Shown: positions 29,823-40,590, numbered from the stretch's first letter. The stretch is 64,000 nucleotides of DNA from Alphaproteobacteria bacterium (GCA_020632915.1 JACKEP010000023.1:1-64000), one strand, 5' to 3'. Numbers and translations are program-made. The notes: a model not told the origin generated them from the sequence alone.

Positions 29823-31187
29823 TCAGGCCGACGGCGGGGGCGGCGGGCCGTCGCTGCCGGGCATGGGCGGCGGCTCGACGCCGAGCCTGGCGGCGATCTC
29901 GGGCACCTCGGCGGCGGGCTTCCACGCCGGCCAGCCCGGACGCCACACGTGGTGGCCACCCTCCGGCGCGGCGCGCACGGCGGCGACGACGGCGGCCAGC
30001 GACAGCTCCTGCTGCCCCTCGGCGCCGTGGTACAGGTAGGTGGTGGCGGGCGCGGGAGGCGGGGCGGCGACGGGCGGCGGCAGCTGACCGGCCACCTCGG
30101 GCACGTCCTTCCACGACTTCCACGACGGCCAGCCCGCGGCCCACACGAGGTGGTCGGCGTCGGGGTCGCCCTGGACGCGGGCGGCGATCTGGGCGGCGGA
30201 GAGCTGCGCCTGTCCGGTGGGGCCGTTGTAGTGGTAGACGGCGCTGCCGGGGACCGGGGGCGGGGTGGGGGCGCCACCCATGCCGGTCTGCGGGTTGAAC
30301 GTGCCGGGGGCGGCGGTGGCCTGGCCGAGCATCTGCGACATCATGCCGCCCACGCCCACGCCCATGCCGAGCCCCACGCCCGCGCCCCCCACGCCGGGGT
30401 TGCTGGCGGCGGCCTGCAGCGCGTCGGCGGCCTGCAGGCGCGTGTAGGCGTTGAGGTCGCCCAGGATGCCCATGCGGCTGCGCGTGTCGAGCGCCTGCTC
30501 GACCTCGGGCGGCAGGCTGATGTTGCCGATCGTGAAGTCGGTGAGCGTGAGCCCGTACTCCGACTGGAACCCGGGGTTCATCTGCGCGGCGATCTTGTCG
30601 CCGAGGTCGGTGTAGTGGGCGGCCAGGTCGAGCACCGGGACCTTGGCCTGCGCGACGGCGGCGGTGAAGGCGGCGACCACCCGCTTCTTGAGCTGGCCGG
30701 TGATCTCGTCGGTGGTGAACCGTCCGTCGGTGCCGACGATCTGCCGGATGAACGTGGCGGGATCGGTGACGCGGAAGCTGAACGTGCCGAACGCGCGCAC
30801 GCGCACCGGACCGAACTCGGCATCGCGCATCATGAACGGGTTCTGCGTGCCCCAGCCGTTCGCCGTGAACTGGCGGGTGGACACGAACAGGACGTCGCCC
30901 TTGTAGGGGTTCTCCAGCGCGTAGGCGATGGTGCGGAAGAACGACGTGATCGGCTGGTTGGCCGTGTCGAGCGTGTAGGTGCCCGGGCCGAAGACCTCGG
31001 ACAGCTGGCCCTCGGCGACGAACACCGCCGCCTGACCCTCGCGCACGATCACCTTGGACTGGTCGGTGATCGCCTGGTCGTGGATCGGGAACCGCCAGAC
31101 CACCGTGTCGTTCGTGTTGTCGAGCCACTGGAGCACGTCGAGGAACTGCGCCCCGGCCTGACCCTTGATGCGATCCCAGATGCCCAT
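29823..31187 (-). CDS. SPFH (band-7) domain protein with two C-terminal DUF4339 repeats
   Basis: N-terminus MGIWDRIKGQ...VVWRFP...VIVREGQAAVFVAEGQ...GPGTYTLDTANQPI matches the COG4260-type SPFH family. Two ~50-aa repeats (VYHYNGPTGQAQLSAAQIAARV...VWAAGWPSWKSWKDVPEV and TYLYHGAEGQQELSLAAVVAAV...VWRPGWPAWKPAAEVPEI) match the DUF4339 pattern. ATG at 31187 (the track ORF begins at 31271). Confidence 0.75.
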   Translation of the reverse strand: MGIWDRIKGQAGAQFLDVLQWLDNTNDTVVWRFPIHDQAITDQSKVIVREGQAAVFVAEGQLSEVFGPGTYTLDTANQPITSFFRTIAYALENPYKGDVLFVSTRQFTANGWGTQNPFMMRDAEFGPVRVRAFGTFSFRVTDPATFIRQIVGTDGRFTTDEITGQLKKRVVAAFTAAVAQAKVPVLDLAAHYTDLGDKIAAQMNPGFQSEYGLTLTDFTIGNISLPPEVEQALDTRSRMGILGDLNAYTRLQAADALQAAASNPGVGGAGVGLGMGVGVGGMMSQMLGQATAAPGTFNPQTGMGGAPTPPPVPGSAVYHYNGPTGQAQLSAAQIAARVQGDPDADHLVWAAGWPSWKSWKDVPEVAGQLPPPVAAPPPAPATTYLYHGAEGQQELSLAAVVAAVRAAPEGGHHVWRPGWPAWKPAAEVPEIAARLGVEPPPMPGSDGPPPPPSA

Positions 31188-31325
31188 GACCTGCTCCTCG
31201 TGCGCCGATCGCGTATCCTGACGGTCCTGGACCGCCACCCCTCGGGGGGTCGACGCGGACGGGGTACGCACCGGCGAGGAGAACTGTTGCGCTCAGCGAC
31301 GGGAACGAGGTCCCTGGACGGCCTG

Positions 31326-31850
31326 ATGACCCTGGGGGCGGGCACCGCGCTGGCGGCGGCGTCGCTGGGCACGTGGTGGCTCGCCCACCTCGACGTGGCG
31401 CTGCTGGGCGTGGCGGCGCTGCCGGCGGCGATCGCGGCGTGGGCGTGGCAGCGTCGGCAGGACCGTCGCCCCCTGGCACTGGCCCCGGTGGCGGTGCTCG
31501 ACGGGGGCGTGCTGCGGGTGCGCGCGTGCCTGGGGACCGGACGCATCGCGGGCCGTCCGCAGGGCACGATCGCGTGGTCCCACGGGGGTCGGACGACCCC
31601 GCTGCCCACGTGGCCGCTGCCGCCGCGGGTGACCGGTCCGTTCACGGTGTGTGCGCCGCTGCCGCCCGGGGTGGTGCTCGACGGGGGGGAGCTGCGGGTG
31701 GCGGTCACCTGCGACGAGTCCGACCACACCTGGCAGACCGAGGCGACCTACGCGGTGGCGGCGCTGTCGTCGGGGCGGTTTCCGGCGCCGCTCGTGCGGA
31801 CGCGTCGCGGCTGGTCGCTGAACGTGCGGGGCTGGGATCGGGCGGAGTAG
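31326..31850 (+). CDS. small membrane protein (hypothetical)
   Basis: ATG at 31326. Two predicted TM helices (LGTWWLAHLDVALLGVAALPAAIAAWAW). Ends 9 nt before the subtilase start, so likely co-transcribed. Confidence 0.45.
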   Translation: MTLGAGTALAAASLGTWWLAHLDVALLGVAALPAAIAAWAWQRRQDRRPLALAPVAVLDGGVLRVRACLGTGRIAGRPQGTIAWSHGGRTTPLPTWPLPPRVTGPFTVCAPLPPGVVLDGGELRVAVTCDESDHTWQTEATYAVAALSSGRFPAPLVRTRRGWSLNVRGWDRAE

Positions 31851-31859
31851 GGTGGTGCC

Positions 31860-33413
31860 GTGACGCCGCTGCCCGTCATCGTCGCGCTGCTCTCGACCGC
31901 TCCGGCCCGTGCCCTGGAGGGGCTCGACGTCACGCCCGGCGAGCTCGTCCGCGTCTACGACCCCGACTACCCCGGTGCCCTGGCCCGCACCGAGACGGTG
32001 TCGCTGCTCGCCGAGCCGCCCGACGACCCCGACGTCGCCTGGGACTGGGAGACGCTCGCCGTGCCCGACGGCACGCCCGGGCAGGCCACGCTCGACGCGC
32101 TCAACGCCGACCTGTGGCACGACGCCGGCTGGCGCGGTCAGGGCGTCCGCGTCGCGGTGTTCGACGTGCAGTGGCAGGGCGCGCAGACCGTCCCCGAAGT
32201 GCTCGGCCCGGTCACCACCGCCGACTGCTGGGCCCACCCGTCGTGCGAGACGGCGCTGGAGACGATCGAGGCGCGCTTCGGCTACGAGGTGGGCGTCCAC
32301 GGCTACGCCTGCGCCCAGACCATCCACGAGCTCGCCCCCGACGCCGAGCTGTTCCTGGTGCGGGTCAACGGGCTGTCGACGCTGCGCAGCGCGGTCGACT
32401 GGGCCATCCGCCACGACATCGACCTGGTCAGCATGTCGATGTCGTTCTTCAACGACTCGTTCTACGACGGCACCGGCCCCCACCAGGAGCTGGCCCGCCG
32501 GCTGGAGGCCCACGACATCCTGCTCGTCTCGTCGGCGGGCAACTCGGCCCGCCAGCACTGGTCGGGCGCGTGGACCGACGGCGACGGTGACGGTCGCATG
32601 GACTTCGACGGCAGCAACCGCCTGGAGCTGAGGCTGACGGGCTCCGAGGCCCGGCGCGGCCTGTACGTGATCTGGGACGAGTTCCACGGCTGCGGCCTGT
32701 CCGACCTCGACGCCTACGTCTACGACGCCCAGGGCCAGCTCGTCGGTCGCTCCGAGCTGCGGCAGCGCTTCGACCAGTCGCCGTGCTCCCCCGTCGAGCG
32801 GCCGAGCGTCTACGTGGCCAGCGACGGCAGCTACTACCTCGAGCTGGTGGCGCGTCAGCTGACGGCGCCGGGGCTGCAGGTCGACGTCCAGACCACGAAC
32901 GGCACCATCCCCGACGGCGTGCGCGAGGACTCCATGGCCGATCCGGCCTCGGTGGCGGAGGTGTTCACCGTGGGGGCCGTGCGGGCCGACGGCTACCTCA
33001 CCAACACCGTCGAGTCCTTCTCGTCCCAGGGGCCGGGGCGCGGCCGCAGCCCCAAGCCCGACATCGCGGGCCCCGACGGGCTCACGGTCGAGGCCTACGG
33101 CAGCGTCGGCTTCTTCGGCACGTCCGCGTCGACGCCGGCCGTCACCGGTGCGCTGGCGCTCGTGCTGTCCCGCCATCCCGACTGGACCCCGCGCCAGGCG
33201 GCGCAGCAGCTCCAGGCGTGGGCGATCGGCGACGGGACCGACCGCTTCGATCCCCGCTGGGGGGCAGGGCGCGCACGGTTGCCGAACCCTGAACGCACCG
33301 ACGTGGGCTGCGGGAGCCGCGGTCACCTCGCGCTGGGCTGGCTCGTCGTGCCGCTGGCGTGGCGTCGACGCCGGGTCAGTCCTCGTCGTCCTCGGGATCC
33401 GGCGGCGGGATGA
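31860..33413 (+). CDS. subtilisin-like (S8) serine protease with MYXO-CTERM sorting tail
   Basis: Catalytic triad contexts VRVAVFDV (Asp), HGYACAQTI (His) and GTSASTPAVTGALALV (Ser). C-terminal GCGSRGHLALGWLVVPLAWRRRR resembles the MYXO-CTERM motif. Confidence 0.85.
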   Translation: MTPLPVIVALLSTAPARALEGLDVTPGELVRVYDPDYPGALARTETVSLLAEPPDDPDVAWDWETLAVPDGTPGQATLDALNADLWHDAGWRGQGVRVAVFDVQWQGAQTVPEVLGPVTTADCWAHPSCETALETIEARFGYEVGVHGYACAQTIHELAPDAELFLVRVNGLSTLRSAVDWAIRHDIDLVSMSMSFFNDSFYDGTGPHQELARRLEAHDILLVSSAGNSARQHWSGAWTDGDGDGRMDFDGSNRLELRLTGSEARRGLYVIWDEFHGCGLSDLDAYVYDAQGQLVGRSELRQRFDQSPCSPVERPSVYVASDGSYYLELVARQLTAPGLQVDVQTTNGTIPDGVREDSMADPASVAEVFTVGAVRADGYLTNTVESFSSQGPGRGRSPKPDIAGPDGLTVEAYGSVGFFGTSASTPAVTGALALVLSRHPDWTPRQAAQQLQAWAIGDGTDRFDPRWGAGRARLPNPERTDVGCGSRGHLALGWLVVPLAWRRRRVSPRRPRDPAAG

Positions 33414-34386
33414 ACGGCAGGGTGTCGATGGCGAGCTTGACGTTCTCGTTGACCAGGGCGTCGTCGGTGGGCGGACCCTGGTCGGGCTCGCCCCACTGCT
33501 CGGGCGGGTGGCGCGGCACCTTGTAGGGGAAGAGCATCGGCACGCGGGCGACCTGGCGGGCGTAGCCCGGGCGCCGGGCCAGCATGCGCGTCTCCATCAG
33601 GGGGATCGACGCGAAGCGGAAGAGCGCGGCGATCGCCACCACGCCCACCACGCTGAACGCCAGGCGCGGGCTCGCCGCCACGGCGAACAGCCACATCCCC
33701 CACCAGAAGCCGATCTCGCCGAGGTAGTTGGGGTGGCGTGACCACCGCCACAGGCCCTCGTCGATGAACGCCTCGGGGCGCAGGCCGCGCCCGCGGAAGG
33801 CGCGGAGCTGGTTGTCGGCCGTGCCCTCCAGGAACGTGGCGCCGGACGCGACGACCACGGCGAGCACGTCGAGCAGGCCCAGCGGGGACGGGGTGGAGAT
33901 CGCCAGCCACGCCGGCCACAGCGCCACGAACACGAGCAGCGTGGGCATCAGGTGCAGGCCGAAGAAGCTGACCGGCCAGTACCACATGCCCGTCTTGTGG
34001 CGCAGGTCGACGTAGCGCCAGTCCTCGTGGTCGAGGCCCGTCCAGCCGGTGGCCCAGTTGGTGGTGAGGCGGGTTCCCCAGAACGCGAGGCAGCCGATGA
34101 CCAGCACCTGGCGCCACGGGTTGCCGACGTCGCCCCCGTTCATCACCCAGTACCCGCCGATCGCGATGGGCGCGACCGACCAATAGGGGTCGTAGAAGCT
34201 GGTGTTCCCGAAGGCGAACGAGAACGCGAAGATCGTCAGCGTGCCGGCGAGGTCGGCGACGAAGGCCACCCCGAGGGGGTCGGTGATCGGCACCACCAGA
34301 CCCGTCAGCACCGCGACCAGGAAGGCGGCGAAGTAGGCCATCACCATCCAGGTCATGCCCTTCCAGTAGGCGGCGTCTCCAGGCAC
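33376..34386 (-). CDS. DUF1295 / steroid-5-alpha-reductase-like membrane protein
   Basis: Multi-TM protein with the family hallmark RHPNYLGEIGFWWG. Its 3' end overlaps the convergent subtilase gene by ~38 nt. Confidence 0.8.
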   Translation of the reverse strand: MPGDAAYWKGMTWMVMAYFAAFLVAVLTGLVVPITDPLGVAFVADLAGTLTIFAFSFAFGNTSFYDPYWSVAPIAIGGYWVMNGGDVGNPWRQVLVIGCLAFWGTRLTTNWATGWTGLDHEDWRYVDLRHKTGMWYWPVSFFGLHLMPTLLVFVALWPAWLAISTPSPLGLLDVLAVVVASGATFLEGTADNQLRAFRGRGLRPEAFIDEGLWRWSRHPNYLGEIGFWWGMWLFAVAASPRLAFSVVGVVAIAALFRFASIPLMETRMLARRPGYARQVARVPMLFPYKVPRHPPEQWGEPDQGPPTDDALVNENVKLAIDTLPFIPPPDPEDDED

Positions 34387-34510
34387 CGGTCCTCCTCGTC
34401 CTGTGCGCGCCTATCATGCAACACGGCGGGGTCACGTGGGGGGACGGTACGCGGGCGGACCGGTCCCGTCGGTGGCGGTGGGGTTACGCGACCTGGACGC
34501 AGGAGGAGGG

Positions 34511-35194
34511 ATGACGCTGCCCATCGAGGCGCTCGTGCCGTCGCGGTTCCCCACGTGGGTGCGGCGCCGACCGTTCGCCGTGGTGTTCGTGGGCGACGGC
34601 GTGAACGTGCCGCGACCCCGCCTCGTGGTGCAGGGGCTCGAAGACCTGTTCCCGCAGCAGCTCGCGCTCGGCTGGATGAGCCGCGACAGCGCCCCGGACG
34701 CGCGCTGGTGGGAGCAGCACTGGCGCACCGAGCTGGGCCCGTTCCGTGGCGCGTCCGCGCCGCCGCCGGGGGTCTACCTGTTCCACCTGGGCTGGGTCGC
34801 CGGCCACCACCCGGGCGTCTCCCACCACGTCGATCGCACGGCCGCCCTGGGCGTGCGCACCTACCTGATCGAGCGCATGCGCCTCAAGGCCAGCCAGGGG
34901 GGCGACGGCACCGAGTGGACGCGACAGTCCGACGGGCCGGGCACCGGGAGCAGCCAGCCGCCCCCGCGCATGCCCCGTCGCACCACGCTGGTGGGCAGCG
35001 CCTACGAGCTGCTCGACATCTCGCCCGAGGCCGACGACACCGAGGTCAAGAAGGCCTACCGCACCGCGATCAAGCTCAACCACCCCGACAAGGTCGCCCA
35101 CCTCTCCAAGGAGATCCAGGCCTTCGCACGCGAACGAACCCAGCTGATCGTGGCCGCGTGGGGCGAGATCAAGAAGGAGCGCGGCCTGGCCTGA
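34511..35194 (+). CDS. J-domain (DnaJ-like) protein
   Basis: C-terminal J domain AYELLDISPEADDTEVKKAYRTAIKLNHPDKV. The N-terminal domain is uncharacterised. RBS AGGAGG sits upstream of the ATG. Confidence 0.7.
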   Translation: MTLPIEALVPSRFPTWVRRRPFAVVFVGDGVNVPRPRLVVQGLEDLFPQQLALGWMSRDSAPDARWWEQHWRTELGPFRGASAPPPGVYLFHLGWVAGHHPGVSHHVDRTAALGVRTYLIERMRLKASQGGDGTEWTRQSDGPGTGSSQPPPRMPRRTTLVGSAYELLDISPEADDTEVKKAYRTAIKLNHPDKVAHLSKEIQAFARERTQLIVAAWGEIKKERGLA

Positions 35195-35242
35195 CCCGTC
35201 GCCGGTTGCCCGGGACCCCCACGGGCGCTAGCTCAGCGGCTG

Positions 35243-35260
35243 TCCTACATTCTGGTAGGA
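35243..35260 (+). promoter_or_regulatory. imperfect palindrome TCCTACA-N5-GTAGGA upstream of the sigma-54 activator gene (putative autoregulatory site)
   Basis: Same half-site as the palindromes upstream of the amt sigma-54 promoter (see 36789-36840). Confidence 0.35.
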
Positions 35261-35268
35261 CCGTGGAT

Positions 35269-36777
<1,509 letters not shown>

Positions 36778-36788
36778 CGCGCTGCCAA

Positions 36789-36840
36789 GATCCTACATCA
36801 GTGTAGGACGCGCCGGATCGAGCTACGTGGATGTAGGATC
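36789..36840 (+). promoter_or_regulatory. putative enhancer (UAS): palindromic GATCCTACA / TGTAGGATC half-sites
   Basis: GATCCTACA at 36789-36797, TGTAGGA at 36802-36808 (a tight palindrome with a 4-nt spacer), and TGTAGGATC at 36832-36840. The sites lie 60-110 nt upstream of the sigma-54 -24 element. Confidence 0.5.
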
Positions 36841-36901
36841 AGGGGGCCCCTACGGAGGCGCCGCGACGGTCGAACCGACCGGATCCGCCGATCCACCGTC
36901 G

Positions 36902-36916
36902 TGGCACACCGCTTGC
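36902..36916 (+). promoter_or_regulatory. sigma-54 (-24/-12) promoter TGGCAC-N5-TTGC for amt
   Basis: Exact match to the consensus GG-N10-GC spacing: TGGCACaccgcTTGC. It lies ~36 nt upstream of the amt ATG. Confidence 0.7.
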
Positions 36917-36951
36917 CTTGCGCGCCGGCCTCCGACGCGGTGAGGTGCCCG

Positions 36952-38265
36952 ATGCGCAGCTGGTGGATGGTCACGGCGACGATGCTGGCCACGCCTGCGC
37001 TCGCGGACGACGGCACCGTCACCGCCGACGACGTGCTGTTCGTCGTCAACAACGTCTGGATGATGACGGCGGCGTTCCTGGTGTTCCTGATGCACCTGGG
37101 CTTCGCGACCCTCGAAGCCGGCATGGCGCAGGCCAAGAACACCGTCAACATCCTGTTCAAGAACGTGATGGTGATCGCCATCGGCCTGCTGACCTACGCG
37201 ATCGTAGGATTCGGGCTGATGTACCCGGGCGCGGAGTTCGCGGGCGGCTTCTTCGGCTTCGCCGGCTTCGGCCTGGGCACCGACGCCGCGGGACTCACCG
37301 CGGCCTACGCCGACGGGCACTACACGTACTGGACCGACTTCCTGTTCCAGGCGATGTTCGCCGCCACGGCGGCGACGATCGTTTCGGGGGCGGTGGCCGA
37401 GCGCATCAAGCTCCCCACGTTCCTGGTCTTCTCCACCCTGTACGTGGCCATCGTCTACCCGATGGTGGGCATGTGGCAGTGGGGCGGCGGCTTCCTGGCG
37501 GCGCTCGGCTTCCACGACTTCGCGGGCTCCACCATCGTCCACTCGGTGGGCGGCTGGGCAGCGCTCGTGGGGGCGTGGATGCTCGGTCCGCGTCAGGGTC
37601 GCTTCGAGCGGGGGATCCACCCCCACAGCCTGCCGTTGGCGACGATCGGCACGCTGCTGCTCTGGTTCGGGTGGTACGGGTTCAACGGCGGCTCCGTGCT
37701 GTCGGCCGACCCTGCCGCCACGTCGCTGGTGGTCGTCAACACCACGCTGGGTGCCGCGGCGGGCCTGGTGACGTGCGTGGCGGTCGCCTGGGTCCTGTTC
37801 AGGGTCCCCGACCTCTCGATGGCGATCAACGGCTCCCTGGCGGGCCTCGTGGGCATCACCGCGGGTGCTGACGTCTTCACACCGACGACCGCCATCATCG
37901 CAGGCTCCATCGCGGGGGTGCTCGTCCTGGCGGGCATCGTGGCGATGGACAAGCTGCGGATTGACGACCCGGTCGGGGCGGTGCCGGTACACCTCGTTTG
38001 TGGCGCGTGGGGCACGCTCGCCGTGGGTCTCCTCTCCCCGGAGGTCCACGTGGGCGCGCAGCTCGCCGGCATCGCCTCGACCGGAGCGTTCTGCCTCCCG
38101 GCCGCGGCCGTCCTGTTCTTCGGCCTGTCCAAGGCCATGGGACTGCGGGTCAGTGAGGATGAGGAGGCCCTGGGCCTCGACGTCGGTGAGCATGGCGCGA
38201 TGGCCTACACCGGCTTGCAGCACCTGACGCCGGACGAGATCACGGCGCTGTTGGCTGCGAAGTGA
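36952..38265 (+). CDS. amt: ammonium transporter (Amt family)
   Basis: Signal peptide, then VWMMTAAFLVFLMHLGFATLEAG, GAVAERIKL, FHDFAGSTIVH, LLLWFGWYGFNGGS and LAGLVGITAG, all typical Amt/MEP motifs. RBS GAGGTG. Confidence 0.9.
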   Translation: MRSWWMVTATMLATPALADDGTVTADDVLFVVNNVWMMTAAFLVFLMHLGFATLEAGMAQAKNTVNILFKNVMVIAIGLLTYAIVGFGLMYPGAEFAGGFFGFAGFGLGTDAAGLTAAYADGHYTYWTDFLFQAMFAATAATIVSGAVAERIKLPTFLVFSTLYVAIVYPMVGMWQWGGGFLAALGFHDFAGSTIVHSVGGWAALVGAWMLGPRQGRFERGIHPHSLPLATIGTLLLWFGWYGFNGGSVLSADPAATSLVVVNTTLGAAAGLVTCVAVAWVLFRVPDLSMAINGSLAGLVGITAGADVFTPTTAIIAGSIAGVLVLAGIVAMDKLRIDDPVGAVPVHLVCGAWGTLAVGLLSPEVHVGAQLAGIASTGAFCLPAAAVLFFGLSKAMGLRVSEDEEALGLDVGEHGAMAYTGLQHLTPDEITALLAAK

Positions 38266-38274
38266 GGGGACGTC

Positions 38275-38302
38275 GCGAGGAGGCAGCGCACGGCCTCCTC
38301 GC
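38275..38302 (+). terminator. stem-loop after amt (10-bp perfect stem GCGAGGAGGC/GCCTCCTCGC)
   Basis: Hairpin begins 10 nt after the amt stop. There is no U-tract, as is common in high-GC genomes. Confidence 0.5.
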
Positions 38303-38351
38303 GCGTCGGCGACGGCGCGGACCCTTCAGGGCGGCGACCTGAACCGACACG

Positions 38352-38376
38352 GGCCCGGGGGCGTCGCTCCCGGGCC
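38352..38376 (-). terminator. stem-loop after the convergent lipoprotein gene (GGCCCGGG/CCCGGGCC)
   Basis: 8-bp perfect stem 9 nt downstream of the minus-strand stop at 38385. Confidence 0.4.
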
Positions 38377-38384
38377 TGCCTGCC

Positions 38385-38954
38385 TCAGTCGCCCGCGTCG
38401 TCGGGCGCAGCGGGTGCCTCCGGTGCCGTCGTCGTCGTCGTGGCCGGTGAGGACGCGGGTGTCGACGGCGGCACGCCTGTCTCCGGCACGCGCACCAGCT
38501 GCCAGCGCTCCTCGCGGGGGCCCGTGCGTCCCTGGCCCGTGGCGAGCACGTCGAGCGCGTCGGGGCTCGTGGCCGTGTAGACGATGTGCTGGGGGAAGTC
38601 GTGGTCGGGGTTGTCGAACACCACGCTGGTGGGCGTGGTGGCCGTCAGCCGGAAGTCGACGGGATCCTGCCCCGCGGGCCACGCGACGTAGGTGACGCCG
38701 TCGTCCGAGGCGACGATGGTGAGCGACTCGGCGAACACGAGCGCGCCGTCGCGGGCGGCGTAGCCCGAGCCGAGCAGGTTGCCGTCGGCCAGGGCGTGCC
38801 AGCGCTCGATGGTGCGGACGCCCTCGCCGGTGTCGGACCAGTCGCCGACCAGCCAGGCGAGCATCGACGCGGGGCGGGTGTCGGTGGGGGCGGGCACGTC
38901 GACCCGCTCGCCGCAGGCGGTCAGCAGCAGCGCTGCGATCACTCCGTGCCGCAC
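38385..38954 (-). CDS. lipoprotein (hypothetical; DUF-like beta-rich domain with Ser/Thr/Pro-rich tail)
   Basis: GTG start. Lipobox VIAALLLTACGE. The track ORF extends upstream into Arg-rich junk, so it was trimmed. Confidence 0.5.
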   Translation of the reverse strand: MRHGVIAALLLTACGERVDVPAPTDTRPASMLAWLVGDWSDTGEGVRTIERWHALADGNLLGSGYAARDGALVFAESLTIVASDDGVTYVAWPAGQDPVDFRLTATTPTSVVFDNPDHDFPQHIVYTATSPDALDVLATGQGRTGPREERWQLVRVPETGVPPSTPASSPATTTTTAPEAPAAPDDAGD

Positions 38955-39865
38955 GCCGCCACTCCCGCGGGCGTGATGCCCGCACCGCCGACCCGCTCCC
39001 CGAGGCCCTGGACCACGGCGTCGGCGAAGGCGTCGACCTTGTTGATCACGATGACGTCCTTGGGCTTGTTGGCCGTGTGGCCAGCCGCGCGGCGGTTGGT
39101 GCGGAAGCGCAGCACGTCGCCCACGTCGTCGCCGCCGACGCAGTGCCAGCGGTCGGCCTCCATCAGCAGCTTCTCGCCGGCCACGTCCACGCGCGCGAGC
39201 GCCCACCGCTCCGACGTGGCCTCGGTGGTGCGGACCACGGTCAGGCCCTCGGGCAGCAGGGCAGCGACCCAGGCGTCGTCCTTGTCGAACGGCCCGTCGC
39301 CGGTGGCGCCGTCGGCGCTGTAGCTGGCGTGGAAGGTGACGTCCCAGGCCGTGCCGTTCCAGTCGTGGTCCTCGGAGGCCACGTCGAACGTGAACCGGCC
39401 GATGTCGTGCCGGTTCTCCGGGCGGTCGGTGGTGACCGACTCCAGCTCGACCCACCACTTCTCGACGTCGCCCTCGCAGGCGGTGGCTGTGTAGCGCTGG
39501 AACATCGTCATCCGGAGCGGGGCGGACCCTTCGCCGTCGAGCACGTAGGTGCGGGCGAGCCGACACTTCCACGGCGAGACCGCGTCGTCCTCCACGGGCC
39601 CGCCCTCGGGGTCGGCCACGGTGGCGGCGGCGTGGACGGCCGCACGCAGCGGCTCGGCGTCGCCCTCTTCGAGGGAGGCGACGGGGACGGTGAACGTGGC
39701 CTGCTTGAGCACCGGGGCGTTGTCGTGACGCTTGCGGGCCTTCTTGTCCTTCCGCTCGGTGGTGCCGTCCTGGGCGGCGGTGCCGTCGTCCGTGCCCGCC
39801 GGCGGGCTGCTGCACGTGCAGCCGGCCCACACGAGCCACGGTGCGATGGACAGGATCGTGCGCAT
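38939..39865 (-). CDS. lipoprotein (hypothetical)
   Basis: ATG at 39865. Lipobox MRTILSIAPWLVWAGCTCS. A Lys-rich segment KDKKARKRHDN is unusual for this genome. Overlaps the downstream lipoprotein gene by 16 nt. Confidence 0.5.
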   Translation of the reverse strand: MRTILSIAPWLVWAGCTCSSPPAGTDDGTAAQDGTTERKDKKARKRHDNAPVLKQATFTVPVASLEEGDAEPLRAAVHAAATVADPEGGPVEDDAVSPWKCRLARTYVLDGEGSAPLRMTMFQRYTATACEGDVEKWWVELESVTTDRPENRHDIGRFTFDVASEDHDWNGTAWDVTFHASYSADGATGDGPFDKDDAWVAALLPEGLTVVRTTEATSERWALARVDVAGEKLLMEADRWHCVGGDDVGDVLRFRTNRRAAGHTANKPKDVIVINKVDAFADAVVQGLGERVGGAGITPAGVAACGTE

Positions 39866-39933
39866 CGGTGTTCCCTCACCCTCGGAGGCGGACCGTAGCA
39901 CGCGCACGGGGTAGGCGGGGTGGCGGGGGTGAC

Positions 39934-40590
39934 GTGGCGGCGACAGGCACGACGCTGGTGGTGTTCGACTTCGACGGCACGCTGGCCGACACGCGGGTGG
40001 GCGTGTCCACCTGCCTCAACGCAGCACTCCACGCCCACGGGCTGCCGCGGGTGATGCCGTCGTTCGTCCACGCGCTGATGGGCCTGCCGCTGCCCACGGT
40101 GTTCCAGCGCACGCTGCCTCCCCCGCAGCGCGACACCGACGTAACCCCGCTCGTCGCCTGGTACCGGCACCACTTCCTCGACCTCGCGCTCCCGCACGTC
40201 GCCCCGTGCCCCGGTGCCCACGCCACGCTCGATGCGCTCGCCCGTCGCGGCGTCACCACCGGCATCGCCACGAGCCGCGGCCGCACCAGCCTCGTGCCGC
40301 TGCTCGACCACCTGGGCCTCGGCGGCTTCGCGGTGGTCGGCACCGACGACGACGTCGACGTGGGCAAGCCGGACCCGGCGCTGCTCCGGCTCGTGCTCGA
40401 CCGGGCGGGGGTGCCGACCGAGGCCGCGGTGATGGTGGGCGACACGTCCTACGACGTGCTCATGGCGCGGGCGGCCGGCGTGCGCGTGGTGGGCGTGCCC
40501 GGCTGCCACGACGGCGCGGCGCTCGCGGCGGCCGGTGCCGACCACGTGGTCGACCACCTCGAGGACGTGCTGCCGCTGGTGGGCGGGTGA
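39934..40590 (+). CDS. HAD-superfamily hydrolase (phosphoglycolate phosphatase-like)
   Basis: HAD motifs I VVFDFDGTLADT, II TGIATS, III GKPDP, IV VGDTSYD. GTG start (the track ORF begins earlier at 39841). Confidence 0.75.
   Translation: MAATGTTLVVFDFDGTLADTRVGVSTCLNAALHAHGLPRVMPSFVHALMGLPLPTVFQRTLPPPQRDTDVTPLVAWYRHHFLDLALPHVAPCPGAHATLDALARRGVTTGIATSRGRTSLVPLLDHLGLGGFAVVGTDDDVDVGKPDPALLRLVLDRAGVPTEAAVMVGDTSYDVLMARAAGVRVVGVPGCHDGAALAAAGADHVVDHLEDVLPLVGG

Noticed and set aside
31293-33326. 677-aa minus-strand ORF and the 31373-32590 plus-strand out-of-frame ORF
   Set aside because: Both overlap the subtilase gene, which has an intact catalytic triad in its own frame.
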